Positions 17,468-26,949 are shown, counted from the first letter of the stretch. The stretch: 35,253 nt of DNA from a virus (IMGVR_UViG_2778261009_000009); one strand, 5' to 3'. A program made the numbers and translations. The notes: generated from the sequence alone by a model not told the origin.

Positions 17468-17861
17468 AGCGGTGCCTTATGTCCGCAATAACCCGGACAA
17501 ACTGCATCTGTTTGTGGATAACGGTTCGCTGGTTGCCACGGGGGTCAGCTCCATGTCGTGGGAGTACCGTTACACCCTGAACGCGGTGATTGAGGATTTC
17601 AGCGGCGACCAGAATCTGCTGATGGCCCCGGTTTTGCTGTGGCTGAGGGATAACCAGCCCGATGCCATCAATAACCCGGCGTTACGGGAAAAACTATTCA
17701 CCTTTGAGGTGGATATTCTGCGCAACGATGTCTGTGATATCAGCCTTAACCTGCAACTGACGGAGCGTGTGCTGGTCAGCACTGACGGCAGTGTGTCGAA
17801 CGTTGAAGCGGTAGCGGAACCTGATGAACCTGAAGAAATGTGGACGGTGAAACGTGGCTGA
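17430..17861 (+). CDS. R: tail completion protein gpR-like (GTG start at 17430 after CAGGAG; alternative TTG at 17409)
   Basis: Size and position as P2 R. Confidence 0.75.
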   Translation: MNKPQSLRHALNKAVPYVRNNPDKLHLFVDNGSLVATGVSSMSWEYRYTLNAVIEDFSGDQNLLMAPVLLWLRDNQPDAINNPALREKLFTFEVDILRNDVCDISLNLQLTERVLVSTDGSVSNVEAVAEPDEPEEMWTVKRG

Positions 17862-18300
17862 ACTGCAGAAGGTGGACGACTGGCTGAGTGCCTTGCTGGC
17901 GAATCTGGAACCAGCCACGAGAAGTCGCATGATGCGCCAGCTGGCGCAGGAACTGCGCCGGACACAGCAGCAGAACATCAGGATGCAGCGCAATCCAGAT
18001 GGCAGCAGTTATGAACCTCGACGGGTAACAGCACGCAGTAAAAAGGGGCGCATCAAACGTCAGATGTTTGCAAAGCTGCGCACCACAAAATACCTGAAAA
18101 CTGCCGCCAGCGCCGACTCTGCCAGCGTACAGTTTGAAGGTAAGGTGCAGCGTATTGCCCGTGTTCACCATTACGGCCTGCGCGATCGCGTCAGTCGCAA
18201 AGGACCGGAAGTTCGTTACGCAGAGCGTCGGTTGCTGGGTCTTAATGGTGAGTCTTACGTTCTAACTCTTGATATATTGAATAGATTCCTTCTGTCTTGA
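17854..18300 (+). CDS. S: tail completion protein gpS-like (GTG start); last ~19 codons lie in AT-rich inserted DNA
   Basis: Size and position as P2 S; 3' end overlaps convergent moron gene. Confidence 0.75.
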   Translation: MAELQKVDDWLSALLANLEPATRSRMMRQLAQELRRTQQQNIRMQRNPDGSSYEPRRVTARSKKGRIKRQMFAKLRTTKYLKTAASADSASVQFEGKVQRIARVHHYGLRDRVSRKGPEVRYAERRLLGLNGESYVLTLDILNRFLLS

Positions 18301-19048
18301 ATTCACCATATGCCCAATGAATTGCATTTTTTTGTTCAGTCAGAATATATTTCCTAACTTTTTTAGAATAATGAATGGTCAGTATAAAACCCAAAGAAAT
18401 CCATAATAGAATAAATATGGTTGTTGGGGCAAAGGAATAGATAAAGAATTTGTCTTTAACGAAATTCTTGACTTCTTCATCAATGTAAGCATTCCCTTCA
18501 TCAGTGGTTAGTAGTTTACAAAGAATTTCTTTATGTTCGATAGTTAATGATTTGTACTTCTCTGTACTGGCAGAGGATGACTCTTCGCAATCATCCTTTG
18601 ATATTTCCCAATCAGGAGTGGTTAATATTGTAGCTGCAGTCGCCAGTTTTTTTGACATATAAAATGATTCACCGGACTTTATCCAATAAAGCAATGTGCT
18701 ATTTGGTGGGGTTCTAATGGCTTGGATGAAAACTGGACCAAAAATATAAATTGCATACAAAAAAAGAAGTGAAAAGAGAACCGTGATTGATTTTTCAGCC
18801 CATGTGATAGTAGGCAGCCTTTTTAATGATATTCGTATAAGAAAAAAATTTAATATAAACGCAGGTATTCCTGATTTTTTCAAAATTACATCATGAGATT
18901 TTCTATATTTGAATAGTGCTCTTATAACTATCGTCACCAAAGTTATAATAGCTCCAATAATGGAAATCCATGCGGCAAGTGCCGCTGCCGGGGTGTTTAA
19001 AAATTCAGCATTAAATATATTAGAACTTATTGGATTCATAACACTCAT
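18242..19048 (-). CDS. moron-encoded membrane protein (268 aa, about 4 TM helices with central soluble region), unknown function
   Basis: AT-rich minus-strand ORF between S and V; AGGTGG RBS; hydrophobic segments at N-terminus, ~88-110 and ~210-232. Confidence 0.6.
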   Translation of the reverse strand: MSVMNPISSNIFNAEFLNTPAAALAAWISIIGAIITLVTIVIRALFKYRKSHDVILKKSGIPAFILNFFLIRISLKRLPTITWAEKSITVLFSLLFLYAIYIFGPVFIQAIRTPPNSTLLYWIKSGESFYMSKKLATAATILTTPDWEISKDDCEESSSASTEKYKSLTIEHKEILCKLLTTDEGNAYIDEEVKNFVKDKFFIYSFAPTTIFILLWISLGFILTIHYSKKVRKYILTEQKNAIHWAYGEFKTEGIYSIYQELERKTHH

Positions 19049-19087
19049 TTATCCACCTATTGGTTGTTTTTTATCCTTTTATCAATT

Positions 19088-19105
19088 TGTACCATCGATA
19101 CCACA
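19088..19105 (+). promoter_or_regulatory. late promoter activator site TGT-N12-ACA upstream of baseplate operon (V)
   Basis: tgt accatcgatacc aca read directly, about 50 bp upstream of V start. Confidence 0.5.
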
Positions 19106-19151
19106 ATTTGCAAGAAGTTATAAACAAGTTTTCAGCTGTCATCATATATCT

Positions 19152-19730
19152 ATGAACGCACAATTAACCGAAATCATGCGCCTTATCACCAACCTGATCC
19201 GCACAGGGGTAGTCACCGAAGTGGACAGGGAAAACTGGCTTTGCCGGGTGAAAACGGGCGAGCTTGAAACCAACTGGATCAGCTGGCTGACGCTGCGTGC
19301 CGGGAATGCCCGCACATGGTGGCGACCATCGGAAGGTGAGCAGGTGGTGCTGCTTAGTCTGGGCGGCAATCTGGAAACAGCCTTTGCGTTACCCGCCATC
19401 TATTCGAATCAGTTCGCGCCACCGTCGACGTCGGCGGACGTCTGCGTGACAGAACATCCTGATGGTGGCTGGTTTGAATACGAACCCGCCACCGGGCGCT
19501 GGTATGTCAGGGGCATCAAATCAATGGTCATTGAGGCCGCTGACAACATCACCCTGAAAACCAGTGAGTTTGTACTGGAGGCTGACCGCACGCGCATTAA
19601 CAGCGAAGTGGTGATCAATGGTGGCGTTACCCAGGGCGGCGGAGCGATGAGTTCTAACGGGATCGTGGTTGATGCGCATCAGCATACTGGCGTCCTGAAA
19701 GGCGGCGACACAACCGGAGGCCCGGTATGA
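19152..19730 (+). CDS. V: baseplate spike/assembly protein gpV-like
   Basis: 192-aa ORF from internal ATG 19152; upstream extension to 18909 lies in the moron region and is rejected. Confidence 0.8.
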   Translation: MNAQLTEIMRLITNLIRTGVVTEVDRENWLCRVKTGELETNWISWLTLRAGNARTWWRPSEGEQVVLLSLGGNLETAFALPAIYSNQFAPPSTSADVCVTEHPDGGWFEYEPATGRWYVRGIKSMVIEAADNITLKTSEFVLEADRTRINSEVVINGGVTQGGGAMSSNGIVVDAHQHTGVLKGGDTTGGPV

Positions 19731-20086
19731 CGCTTTATAGCGGGATGAACAATACCAGCGGTAAAGCCATTACTGATATTGACCATCTGCGCCAGTCGGT
19801 GCGGGACATTCTGCTGACGCCGCAGGGTAGCCGCATTGCTCGTCGTGAATATGGTTCTCTGCTGTCGGCTTTAATAGATCAGCCACAAAATCCGGCATTA
19901 CGGCTGCAGGTCATGTCGGCTGTGTATGTGGCACTGAGTCGCTGGGAGCCACGGCTGATGCTGGATTCCATCACCATCAACAGCCATTTTGACGGTTCAA
20001 TGGTGGTGGGGCTGACCGGGCGGCGTAATAACGGTGTGCCTGTTTCCCTTTCCGTATCAACAGGAGCAGAGAATGGCAGTGATTGA
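19727..20086 (+). CDS. W: baseplate wedge protein gpW-like (gp25/lysozyme-like fold family)
   Basis: 119-aa ORF; GGAGG RBS; start overlaps V stop. Confidence 0.8.
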   Translation: MTLYSGMNNTSGKAITDIDHLRQSVRDILLTPQGSRIARREYGSLLSALIDQPQNPALRLQVMSAVYVALSRWEPRLMLDSITINSHFDGSMVVGLTGRRNNGVPVSLSVSTGAENGSD

Positions 20087-20981
20087 CCTTTCGCAGTTGC
20101 CTGCGCCGCAGATTGTCGATGTGCCGGACTTTGAGACGCTGCTTGCCGAACGCAAGGCAGAATTTGTGGCGCTTCATCCGAAAGATGAGCAGGAAGCCGT
20201 GATGCGTACGCTGGAACTGGAATCTGAACCCGTCACCAAATTGTTGCAGGAGAACGCTTACCGTGAGTTGCTTCTGCGCCAGCGCATTAACGAAGCCGCG
20301 CAGGCGGTGATGGTGGCTTATGCCATAGGGAGCGATCTGGACCAGCTCGCTGCCAATTACAACGTGAAACGCCTGACGGTGACGTCTGCTGATAATGACG
20401 CTGTGCCGCCCGTCGCGGCTGTGATGGAAAGTGATGAAGCGTTACGCCTGCGTGTGCCTGCAGCCTTTGAAGGGCTTTCAGTTGCGGGGCCAACTGCAGC
20501 TTATGAATTTCATGCCCGAAGCGCCGACGGTCGGGTGGCGGATGCCAGTGCAACCAGCCCGGCACCTGCAGAGGTGGAGCTGACTGTCCTTAGCCGCGAA
20601 GGAGACGGAACAGCAGAAAAAGACCTGCTGGATGTGGTGGAGAAAGCACTGAACAGTGAGAACGTCCGCCCGGTGGCTGACCGTCTGACGGTTCGCAGCG
20701 CAGAAATCATCCCTTACCGCGTGGAAGCCACCATTTTTCTCTATCCGGGACCGGAAGCGGAGCCGGTAATGGCAGCGGCAAAAGCCAGCCTGCAGAAGTA
20801 CATCGCCAGTCAGACGCGGCTTGGTCGGGATATTCGCCGTAGCGCCATCTTTGCCGCGTTGCATGTTGAAGGTGTGCAGCGTGTGGAACTGGCTTCGCCG
20901 CTGGCGGATGTGGTCCTGAACAAAACGCAGGCGGCATCATGCACGCAGTGGAGCGTAACCAACGGGGGAACTGATGAATAG
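20073..20981 (+). CDS. J: baseplate assembly protein gpJ-like
   Basis: 302 aa from ATG 20073 with AGGAG RBS. Confidence 0.8.
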   Translation: MAVIDLSQLPAPQIVDVPDFETLLAERKAEFVALHPKDEQEAVMRTLELESEPVTKLLQENAYRELLLRQRINEAAQAVMVAYAIGSDLDQLAANYNVKRLTVTSADNDAVPPVAAVMESDEALRLRVPAAFEGLSVAGPTAAYEFHARSADGRVADASATSPAPAEVELTVLSREGDGTAEKDLLDVVEKALNSENVRPVADRLTVRSAEIIPYRVEATIFLYPGPEAEPVMAAAKASLQKYIASQTRLGRDIRRSAIFAALHVEGVQRVELASPLADVVLNKTQAASCTQWSVTNGGTDE

Positions 20982-21579
20982 TCTGCTGCCACCGGGTTCA
21001 ACGCCACTAGAGCGCCGACTGGCGCAAGCGTGCAGCGGGATTTCTGATTTGCAGGTGCCGCTGCGTGACTTGTGGAATCCGGCAACCTGTCCAGTCAGTT
21101 TCCTGCCTTATCTCGCCTGGGCGTTCTCTGTGGATCGCTGGGACGAGGGCTGGACAGAAAGCGTCAAGCGCCAGGTGGTGAAGGATGCTTTTTATATTCA
21201 TCAGCATAAAGGGACCACCAGTGCCGTGCGGCGGGTGGTGGAGCCGTTCGGCTTTCTGATCCGCATTATTGAGTGGTGGCAGACCGGAGAGGCACCGGGC
21301 ACGTTTCGCCTGGATATCGGCGTGCAGGACCAGGGCATCACTGAAGATACCTATCTGGAACTTGAGCGACTGATAAGCGATGCCAAACCATGTAGCCGTC
21401 ACATGATCGGCATGTCCATCAATCTGCAGACCAGCGGCCCGCATTGGGTGGGAGCCGCCAGCTATCTTGGCGAAGAAATCACGATCTATCCGTATATCAA
21501 CGAAACAATTATTTCCGGTGGCACCGCGCATGAAGGCGGGGCGGTCCATGTTATTGACACAATGAGAGTGAATCCATGA
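20974..21579 (+). CDS. I: baseplate/tail protein gpI-like
   Basis: 201-aa ORF overlapping J stop. Confidence 0.8.
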   Translation: MNSLLPPGSTPLERRLAQACSGISDLQVPLRDLWNPATCPVSFLPYLAWAFSVDRWDEGWTESVKRQVVKDAFYIHQHKGTTSAVRRVVEPFGFLIRIIEWWQTGEAPGTFRLDIGVQDQGITEDTYLELERLISDAKPCSRHMIGMSINLQTSGPHWVGAASYLGEEITIYPYINETIISGGTAHEGGAVHVIDTMRVNP

Positions 21580-23117
21580 GCACAAAATTTTATACCCTGC
21601 TGACGGATATTGGCGCGGCGAAACTTGCCAGCGCCGCCGCGCTCGGTGTGCCTTTAAAAATTACCCATATGGCGGTCGGCGATGGCGGCGGAACATTGCC
21701 AACGCCGGACGCAAAGCAGACAGCATTGGTAAATGAGAAACGCCGGGCTGCGCTGAATATGCTCTATATCGACCCGCAGAACAGCAGCCAGATTATTGCC
21801 GAACAGGTAATCCCTGAAAACGAGGGCGGTTGGTGGATACGTGAAGTGGGCCTGTTTGATGAGTCAGGGGCATTGATTGCCGTGGGAAACTGCCCGGAAA
21901 GCTATAAGCCGCAACTGGCTGAAGGCAGCGGGCGTACCCAGACCGTGCGCATGGTGCTGATTACCAGCAGCACGGACAATATCACCCTGAAAATCGACCC
22001 TGCTGTAGTGCTGGCAACCCGCAAGTATGTGGATGACAAGGCACTGGAGCTGAAGGTGTACGCGGATGATCAGATGGCAAAACATCTTGCCGCACCGAAC
22101 CCGCATTCACAGTATGCAGCCAAAGAAAGTCCTACGTTTACCGGGACACCCAAAGCGCCAACGCCAGCGGCGGGGAATAACACCACGCAGGTTGCGACCA
22201 CCGCATTTGTTCAGGCGGCACTGACGGCTCTTATTAATGGTGCGCCAGCCACGCTGGACACGCTGAAAGAAATAGCCGTAGCCATTAACAATGATCCGAA
22301 ATTCAGTACCACCATTAACAATGCGCTGGCACTGAAAGCGCCGCTGTCGAGTCCGGCACTCACCGGAACGCCAACAGCCCCTACGGCGGCGCAGTCGGTC
22401 AATAATACACAGATTGCCACTACGGCTTTTGTGAAATCGGCGATTGCAGGAATGGTGGGTTCTGCACCTGCGGCACTGGATACACTGAACGAACTGGCGG
22501 CGGCACTGGGGAATGATCCGAACTTTGCCACGACAATGCTTAATGCGCTGGCAGGTAAACAACCGCTGGACAATACGCTGACTAATTTGAGTGGAAAGGA
22601 TGTAGCTGGTCTTCTCACATACCTTGGTTTGGGAGAAGGCTCTGCATTACCTGTTGGTGTGCCTGTTCCGTGGCCTTCCGCCACTCCGCCGACAGGCTGG
22701 CTGAAATGCAACGGAGCAGCTTTTTCTGCTGAAGAATACCCGGAACTGGCAAAGGCTTATCCGACAAATAAATTGCCTGATTTACGCGGTGAATTTATTC
22801 GTGGCTGGGATGACGGACGTGGAGTGGATAACGGAAGGGGATTATTAACGCTTCAGGACGGTGCGATTGTCAGTCATAACCACTATTGGGGAATCTGGAC
22901 TTCACGAACTAACGACCAGACTCTGGAAAGTTTTACAGGCACCACGATTTTAAAACAAATCACGCCCCTGTCTCCAGCCATTGACTTCGATAATTACCCA
23001 ATTCCCAACCCGGCTATTACAGAGGGTGGTGTTGTTGCGGCAACGACTAAACCTGCAGGTGCGAATGAAACACGCCCACGAAATGTCGCTTTTAACTATA
23101 TTGTGAGGGCTGCATAA
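21576..23117 (+). CDS. H: tail fibre protein gpH-like; constant part 21576-22637 fused to the currently expressed variable C-terminal domain 22638-23117
   Basis: 513-aa ORF with N-terminal fibre anchor, two copies of a ~75-aa fibre repeat, C-terminal receptor-binding-like domain. Confidence 0.85.
   Translation: MSTKFYTLLTDIGAAKLASAAALGVPLKITHMAVGDGGGTLPTPDAKQTALVNEKRRAALNMLYIDPQNSSQIIAEQVIPENEGGWWIREVGLFDESGALIAVGNCPESYKPQLAEGSGRTQTVRMVLITSSTDNITLKIDPAVVLATRKYVDDKALELKVYADDQMAKHLAAPNPHSQYAAKESPTFTGTPKAPTPAAGNNTTQVATTAFVQAALTALINGAPATLDTLKEIAVAINNDPKFSTTINNALALKAPLSSPALTGTPTAPTAAQSVNNTQIATTAFVKSAIAGMVGSAPAALDTLNELAAALGNDPNFATTMLNALAGKQPLDNTLTNLSGKDVAGLLTYLGLGEGSALPVGVPVPWPSATPPTGWLKCNGAAFSAEEYPELAKAYPTNKLPDLRGEFIRGWDDGRGVDNGRGLLTLQDGAIVSHNHYWGIWTSRTNDQTLESFTGTTILKQITPLSPAIDFDNYPIPNPAITEGGVVAATTKPAGANETRPRNVAFNYIVRAA
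22612..22637. other. invertase crossover site (hix/gix-like 26-bp site, left) inside H
   Basis: ttctcacataccttggtttgggagaa; reverse complement shares 14 of 14 bp (ttctcccaaaccaa) with the second site; central AA dinucleotide. Confidence 0.7.
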
Positions 23118-23719
23118 TGAATAACGCAGAATTAAACAGTGAATTAATTGCCACTATAGCAGGAGAAATTACTGTTTATAACTTTGACGTCATGAGTCGG
23201 GAGTATATTTCAGCTTCAACTGAATATCTTGCTGTTGGTGTCGGCATTCCGGCATATTCCTGTTTAGATGCTCCAGGCACCTACAAAGCTGGTTATGCAA
23301 TCTGCCGCTCTGCAGATTTTAACTCATGGGAATATGTACCAGACCATCGCGGTGAAATTGTCTTTAGCACCGAAACAGGAGAATCAAAAGAAATCACAGC
23401 ACCGGGTGATTACCCTGATAATACAACCACTATCGCCCCGTTAACGCCATACGATAAATGGGATGGTGAGAAATGGGTGACGGATACCGAGGCACAGCAT
23501 AGCGCCGTAGTAGATGCAGCAGAAGCACAGCGCCAGTCGCTGATTGATACAGCAATGGCTTCTATCAGTCTGATTCAACTGAAATTACAGGCCGGACGGA
23601 ATCTGACGCAGGCAGAAACCGCCCGACTTAACGCTGCGCTGGATTACATTGACGCGGTGACGGCAACAGATACCAGCACCGCACCGGATGTCATCTGGCC
23701 TGAACTGCCGGAGGCGTAG
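23117..23719 (+). CDS. G: tail fibre assembly protein (Tfa, gpG-like), expressed orientation
   Basis: 200-aa ORF overlapping H stop; conserved C-terminal APDVIWPELP-type motif. Confidence 0.8.
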   Translation: MNNAELNSELIATIAGEITVYNFDVMSREYISASTEYLAVGVGIPAYSCLDAPGTYKAGYAICRSADFNSWEYVPDHRGEIVFSTETGESKEITAPGDYPDNTTTIAPLTPYDKWDGEKWVTDTEAQHSAVVDAAEAQRQSLIDTAMASISLIQLKLQAGRNLTQAETARLNAALDYIDAVTATDTSTAPDVIWPELPEA

Positions 23720-24110
23720 GCCATTCAATATCTGGAGCACTGGAGGGATCAACCAGTTCCAGTGCGTCCAGATAATCCAGCCATAAATTATATTGCGCCA
23801 GTTCCTCACCTTTCAGACGACCAATAGCCGCTTTACCTAGCCATTGTCTGCTGTTCATGTGCTCGTTGGCTTCATTAATAAGTTTTCTTTTTTCCAACTC
23901 CACCAATGCAATAAGGTTTTCTTTTGATAAAGGTGGTTGCTCTGTCAAAACCGGATATCCCTCCTGATTGCTGACTATTTTCATGCCATTATCCTGACCA
24001 TCCAGTAGTAACAGCCATTCATCCGTGGTTATCTCAACAGCATCTGAAGGTGCTTTATTTAAATCGGTAAAAAAACCATTTTCTTTTTGTGAATAGAAGT
24101 ATCTGTCCAT
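23691..24110 (-). CDS. alternative tail fibre assembly protein (Tfa'), silent orientation
   Basis: 139-aa ORF with Tfa-type C-terminus SAPDIEWPTPP; follows alternative fibre segment on minus strand. Confidence 0.7.
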   Translation of the reverse strand: MDRYFYSQKENGFFTDLNKAPSDAVEITTDEWLLLLDGQDNGMKIVSNQEGYPVLTEQPPLSKENLIALVELEKRKLINEANEHMNSRQWLGKAAIGRLKGEELAQYNLWLDYLDALELVDPSSAPDIEWPTPPAVQAR

Positions 24111-24113
24111 TTA

Positions 24114-24487
24114 TCAATCTCCAAAAGCAATCCAGTAAGCAAAAGGATTTATTCCTTGCTCAGTCACAGATGACATCAGGGAAAATTGCGATGGTGAAAC
24201 AGGCAATGCTGCAAAACTAACCATTGTTGACACACCTGACCGTGCATTATCGTACGATGCAACAACACAATAATTGGTATTGCTGAAAGATATCGGCAGG
24301 GTGATATTTACAGGTGAGCCTAATGGTCCTGATGCTGATATTCCCATTTGAATGATGGTTCCATCAGGCAATTTTCTCCAGCGATTAGAACTCGGATTTC
24401 TTTTCCAGGCTGACATATCCGGTATCTGATTTTCTCCTGTACCCACATCCCTTTTCGCCGCTTCTCCCAAACCAACGTTTATTAAAA
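24114..24487 (-). CDS. alternative tail fibre C-terminal variable segment (H'v), no own start; becomes fused to H constant part after inversion
   Basis: Reading frame continues through crossover site encoding GLGE shared with H (…YLGLGE); ends 3 nt before Tfa' start. Confidence 0.65.
24462..24487. other. invertase crossover site (hix/gix-like 26-bp site, right), next to invertase gene
   Basis: ttctcccaaaccaacgtttattaaaa with central AA; inverted relative to site at 22612-22637. Confidence 0.7.
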
Positions 24488-24542
24488 TGCAGAGATAATG
24501 GCTAACTGGCATCATCCATGGTTTTTATTCAGGGGATTGATC

Positions 24543-25109
24543 ATGCTTATTGGCTATGTACGCGTGTCAACAAATGACCAGAACACCGATTTGCAACGTA
24601 ATGCACTGAACTGCGCGGGATGTGAGCGGATTTTTGAGGATAAAATCAGTGGCACTAAGCCCGACAGACCGGGGCTTAAAAAACTGCTCAGGACACTATC
24701 GGCTGGAGACACTCTGGTTGTCTGGAAGCTGGACAGGTTGGGGCGCAGTATGCGGCATCTTGTTACGCTGATAGAAGAGTTGCGTCAGCGTGGCGTGAAT
24801 TTCCGAAGCCTGACTGACAGTATTGATACCAGCACCCCAATGGGCCGTTTCTTTTTTCATGTCATGGGGGCCCTGGCTGAAATGGAACGCGAACTGATAG
24901 TTGAACGTACCATGGCAGGGCTGGCTGCAGCTCGTGCCAAAGGCAGAGTAGGTGGACGCCGTCCTAAGTTGACCACCGAACAGTGGGCACAGATTGGGCG
25001 TTTACTCGAGGCCGGAGAATCAAGACAGCGTATTGCACTGATTTTTGATGTAGGCGTTTCTACCATTTATAGAAAATTTCCGGCAAATAAGAGCAATGAA
25101 TCCCCCTGA
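24543..25109 (+). CDS. serine DNA invertase (Hin/Gin/Cin/Pin family)
   Basis: N-terminal MLIGYVRVSTNDQ catalytic-serine motif, resolvase domain, C-terminal HTH; ATG 24543 with AGGGGA RBS. Confidence 0.85.
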   Translation: MLIGYVRVSTNDQNTDLQRNALNCAGCERIFEDKISGTKPDRPGLKKLLRTLSAGDTLVVWKLDRLGRSMRHLVTLIEELRQRGVNFRSLTDSIDTSTPMGRFFFHVMGALAEMERELIVERTMAGLAAARAKGRVGGRRPKLTTEQWAQIGRLLEAGESRQRIALIFDVGVSTIYRKFPANKSNESP

Positions 25110-25157
25110 ATCAGCATTATTTTGATTATCCCTGCAAGTAGACAAATACCGTCATTT

Positions 25158-25175
25158 TGTGTGAATAACGACACA
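25158..25175 (+). promoter_or_regulatory. late promoter activator site TGT-N12-ACA upstream of tail sheath operon
   Basis: tgt gtgaataacgac aca read directly, about 80 bp upstream of FI start. Confidence 0.5.
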
Positions 25176-25251
25176 ACTGCGCTTAGCTGTTTGTCAGGCA
25201 CAATCACTTCAACATAGGGCGAAGCCTAATCCAATCAGGAGGTTCGCCACT

Positions 25252-26424
25252 ATGGCTCAGGATTACCACCACGGGGTGCGCGTTGTTGAAGTCAACGAAG
25301 GCACCCGATCCATTACCACGGTGAGCACCGCCATCGTGGGCATGGTCTGCACGGGCGATGATGCCGATGCAAAAATGTTTCCTCTTAATAAACCCGTGCT
25401 GATCACTGATGTGCTTACCGCCAGTGGTAAAGCGGGTGAGTCCGGCACACTGGCCCGCTCGCTGGATGCCATCGCTGACCAGGCAAAACCCGTGACCGTT
25501 GTTGTGCGTGTGCCGCAGGGTGAAACGGAAGAAGAAACCACGACCAATATCATCGGCGCAGTGACTGCTGAAGGTAAAAAAACAGGTATGAAAGCCCTGT
25601 TATCTGCCCAGTCACAGCTCGGCGTTAAACCGCGCATTCTCGGCGTGCCAGGCCACGACACCAAGGCGGTAGCTACTGAGTTGCTGAGCGTGGCGCAAAG
25701 CCTGCGTGGGTTTGCTTACCTGTCAGCGTATGGCTGCAAGACAGTGCAGGAGGCGATCACTTACCGCGAAAACTTCAGCCAGCGCGAAGGGATGCTGATC
25801 TGGCCTGACTTTACTGGCTGGGACACGGTGCTGAATGCCGAAGCAACGGCATATGCCACCGCTCGTGCGCTCGGTCTGCGCGCCAAAATTGATGAGCAGA
25901 CTGGATGGCACAAAAGCCTGTCCAACGTGGGCGTGAACGGTGTCACCGGAATTTCTGCTGATGTGTTCTGGGATCTGCAGGACCCGGCAACCGATGCAGG
26001 TCTGCTGAACCAGAACGACGTCACCACGCTTGTGCGTAAAGACGGTTTCCGCTTCTGGGGTTCCCGCTGCCTGAGTGATGACCCGCTCTTTGCCTTCGAA
26101 AACTACACCCGCACGGCGCAGGTGCTGATGGACACGATGGCAGAAGCACACATGTGGGCGGTGGATAAACCGCTTAACCCGTCGCTGGCCCGCGACATTA
26201 TCGAAGGTATCCGCGCCAAAATGCGCAGCCTGGTCAGTCAGGGCTATCTCATTGGTGGTGATTGCTGGCTGGATGAGTCGGTGAACGACAAAGACACGCT
26301 GAAAGCCGGAAAACTCACCATCGACTATGACTACACGCCAGTGCCGCCACTTGAAAATCTGATGCTGCGCCAGCGCATCACCGATCAGTACCTGGTGAAT
26401 TTCGCCAGCCAGGTCAGCGCGTAA
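25252..26424 (+). CDS. FI: tail sheath protein gpFI-like
   Basis: 390-aa ORF, CAGGAGG RBS, P2 order. Confidence 0.85.
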   Translation: MAQDYHHGVRVVEVNEGTRSITTVSTAIVGMVCTGDDADAKMFPLNKPVLITDVLTASGKAGESGTLARSLDAIADQAKPVTVVVRVPQGETEEETTTNIIGAVTAEGKKTGMKALLSAQSQLGVKPRILGVPGHDTKAVATELLSVAQSLRGFAYLSAYGCKTVQEAITYRENFSQREGMLIWPDFTGWDTVLNAEATAYATARALGLRAKIDEQTGWHKSLSNVGVNGVTGISADVFWDLQDPATDAGLLNQNDVTTLVRKDGFRFWGSRCLSDDPLFAFENYTRTAQVLMDTMAEAHMWAVDKPLNPSLARDIIEGIRAKMRSLVSQGYLIGGDCWLDESVNDKDTLKAGKLTIDYDYTPVPPLENLMLRQRITDQYLVNFASQVSA

Positions 26425-26433
26425 GGGGACAAC

Positions 26434-26949
26434 ATGGCTTTACCACGCAAATTAAAACATCTGAACCTGTTTAACGACGGGAACAACTGGCAGGGGATCG
26501 TAGAGTCGCTGACGCTGCCGAAATTCACCCGCAAATATGAGAAGTATCGCGGCGGCGGAATGCCTGGTGCAGTTGATGTGGATCTGGGGCTTGATGACAG
26601 TGCGCTGGACACAGAATTTTCCATTGGTGGTACTGAACTGCTGCTGTTTAAGCAGATGGGCAAAGCCACGGTGGATGGCATCCAGTTGCGCTTTACCGGC
26701 TCTATCCAGCGTGACGATACCGGAGAAGTGCAGGCCGTGGAGCTTGTGGTGCGTGGACGTCACAAAGAAGTGGATTCCGGCGAGTGGAAGACGGGCGAAA
26801 GCAACACCACCAAAGTGACCAGTACCAACAGCTACGCGAAGCTGACCATCAATGGTGAGGTGCTCTATGAAGTGGACCTTATCAACATGGTGGAAATTGT
26901 GGACGGTGTGGACCTGATGGAAGCGCACCGCAACGCCCTCGGCCTCTGA
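26434..26949 (+). CDS. FII: tail tube protein gpFII-like
   Basis: 171-aa ORF after sheath gene. Confidence 0.85.
   Translation: MALPRKLKHLNLFNDGNNWQGIVESLTLPKFTRKYEKYRGGGMPGAVDVDLGLDDSALDTEFSIGGTELLLFKQMGKATVDGIQLRFTGSIQRDDTGEVQAVELVVRGRHKEVDSGEWKTGESNTTKVTSTNSYAKLTINGEVLYEVDLINMVEIVDGVDLMEAHRNALGL

Larger units (their letters stand above)
22612..24487. other. invertible tail-fibre host-range segment (Mu G / P1 C / e14 P-segment type), about 1.9 kb
   Basis: Bounded by inverted 26-bp crossover sites; contains fibre C-terminus plus tfa on plus strand and an alternative startless fibre C-terminus plus tfa on minus strand; invertase gene adjacent. Confidence 0.75.

Noticed and set aside
18909-19151. 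N-terminal extension of gene V starting at 18909
   Set aside because: The extension is AT-rich moron and promoter DNA overlapping the opposite-strand membrane gene; V homology begins at the internal Met at 19152.
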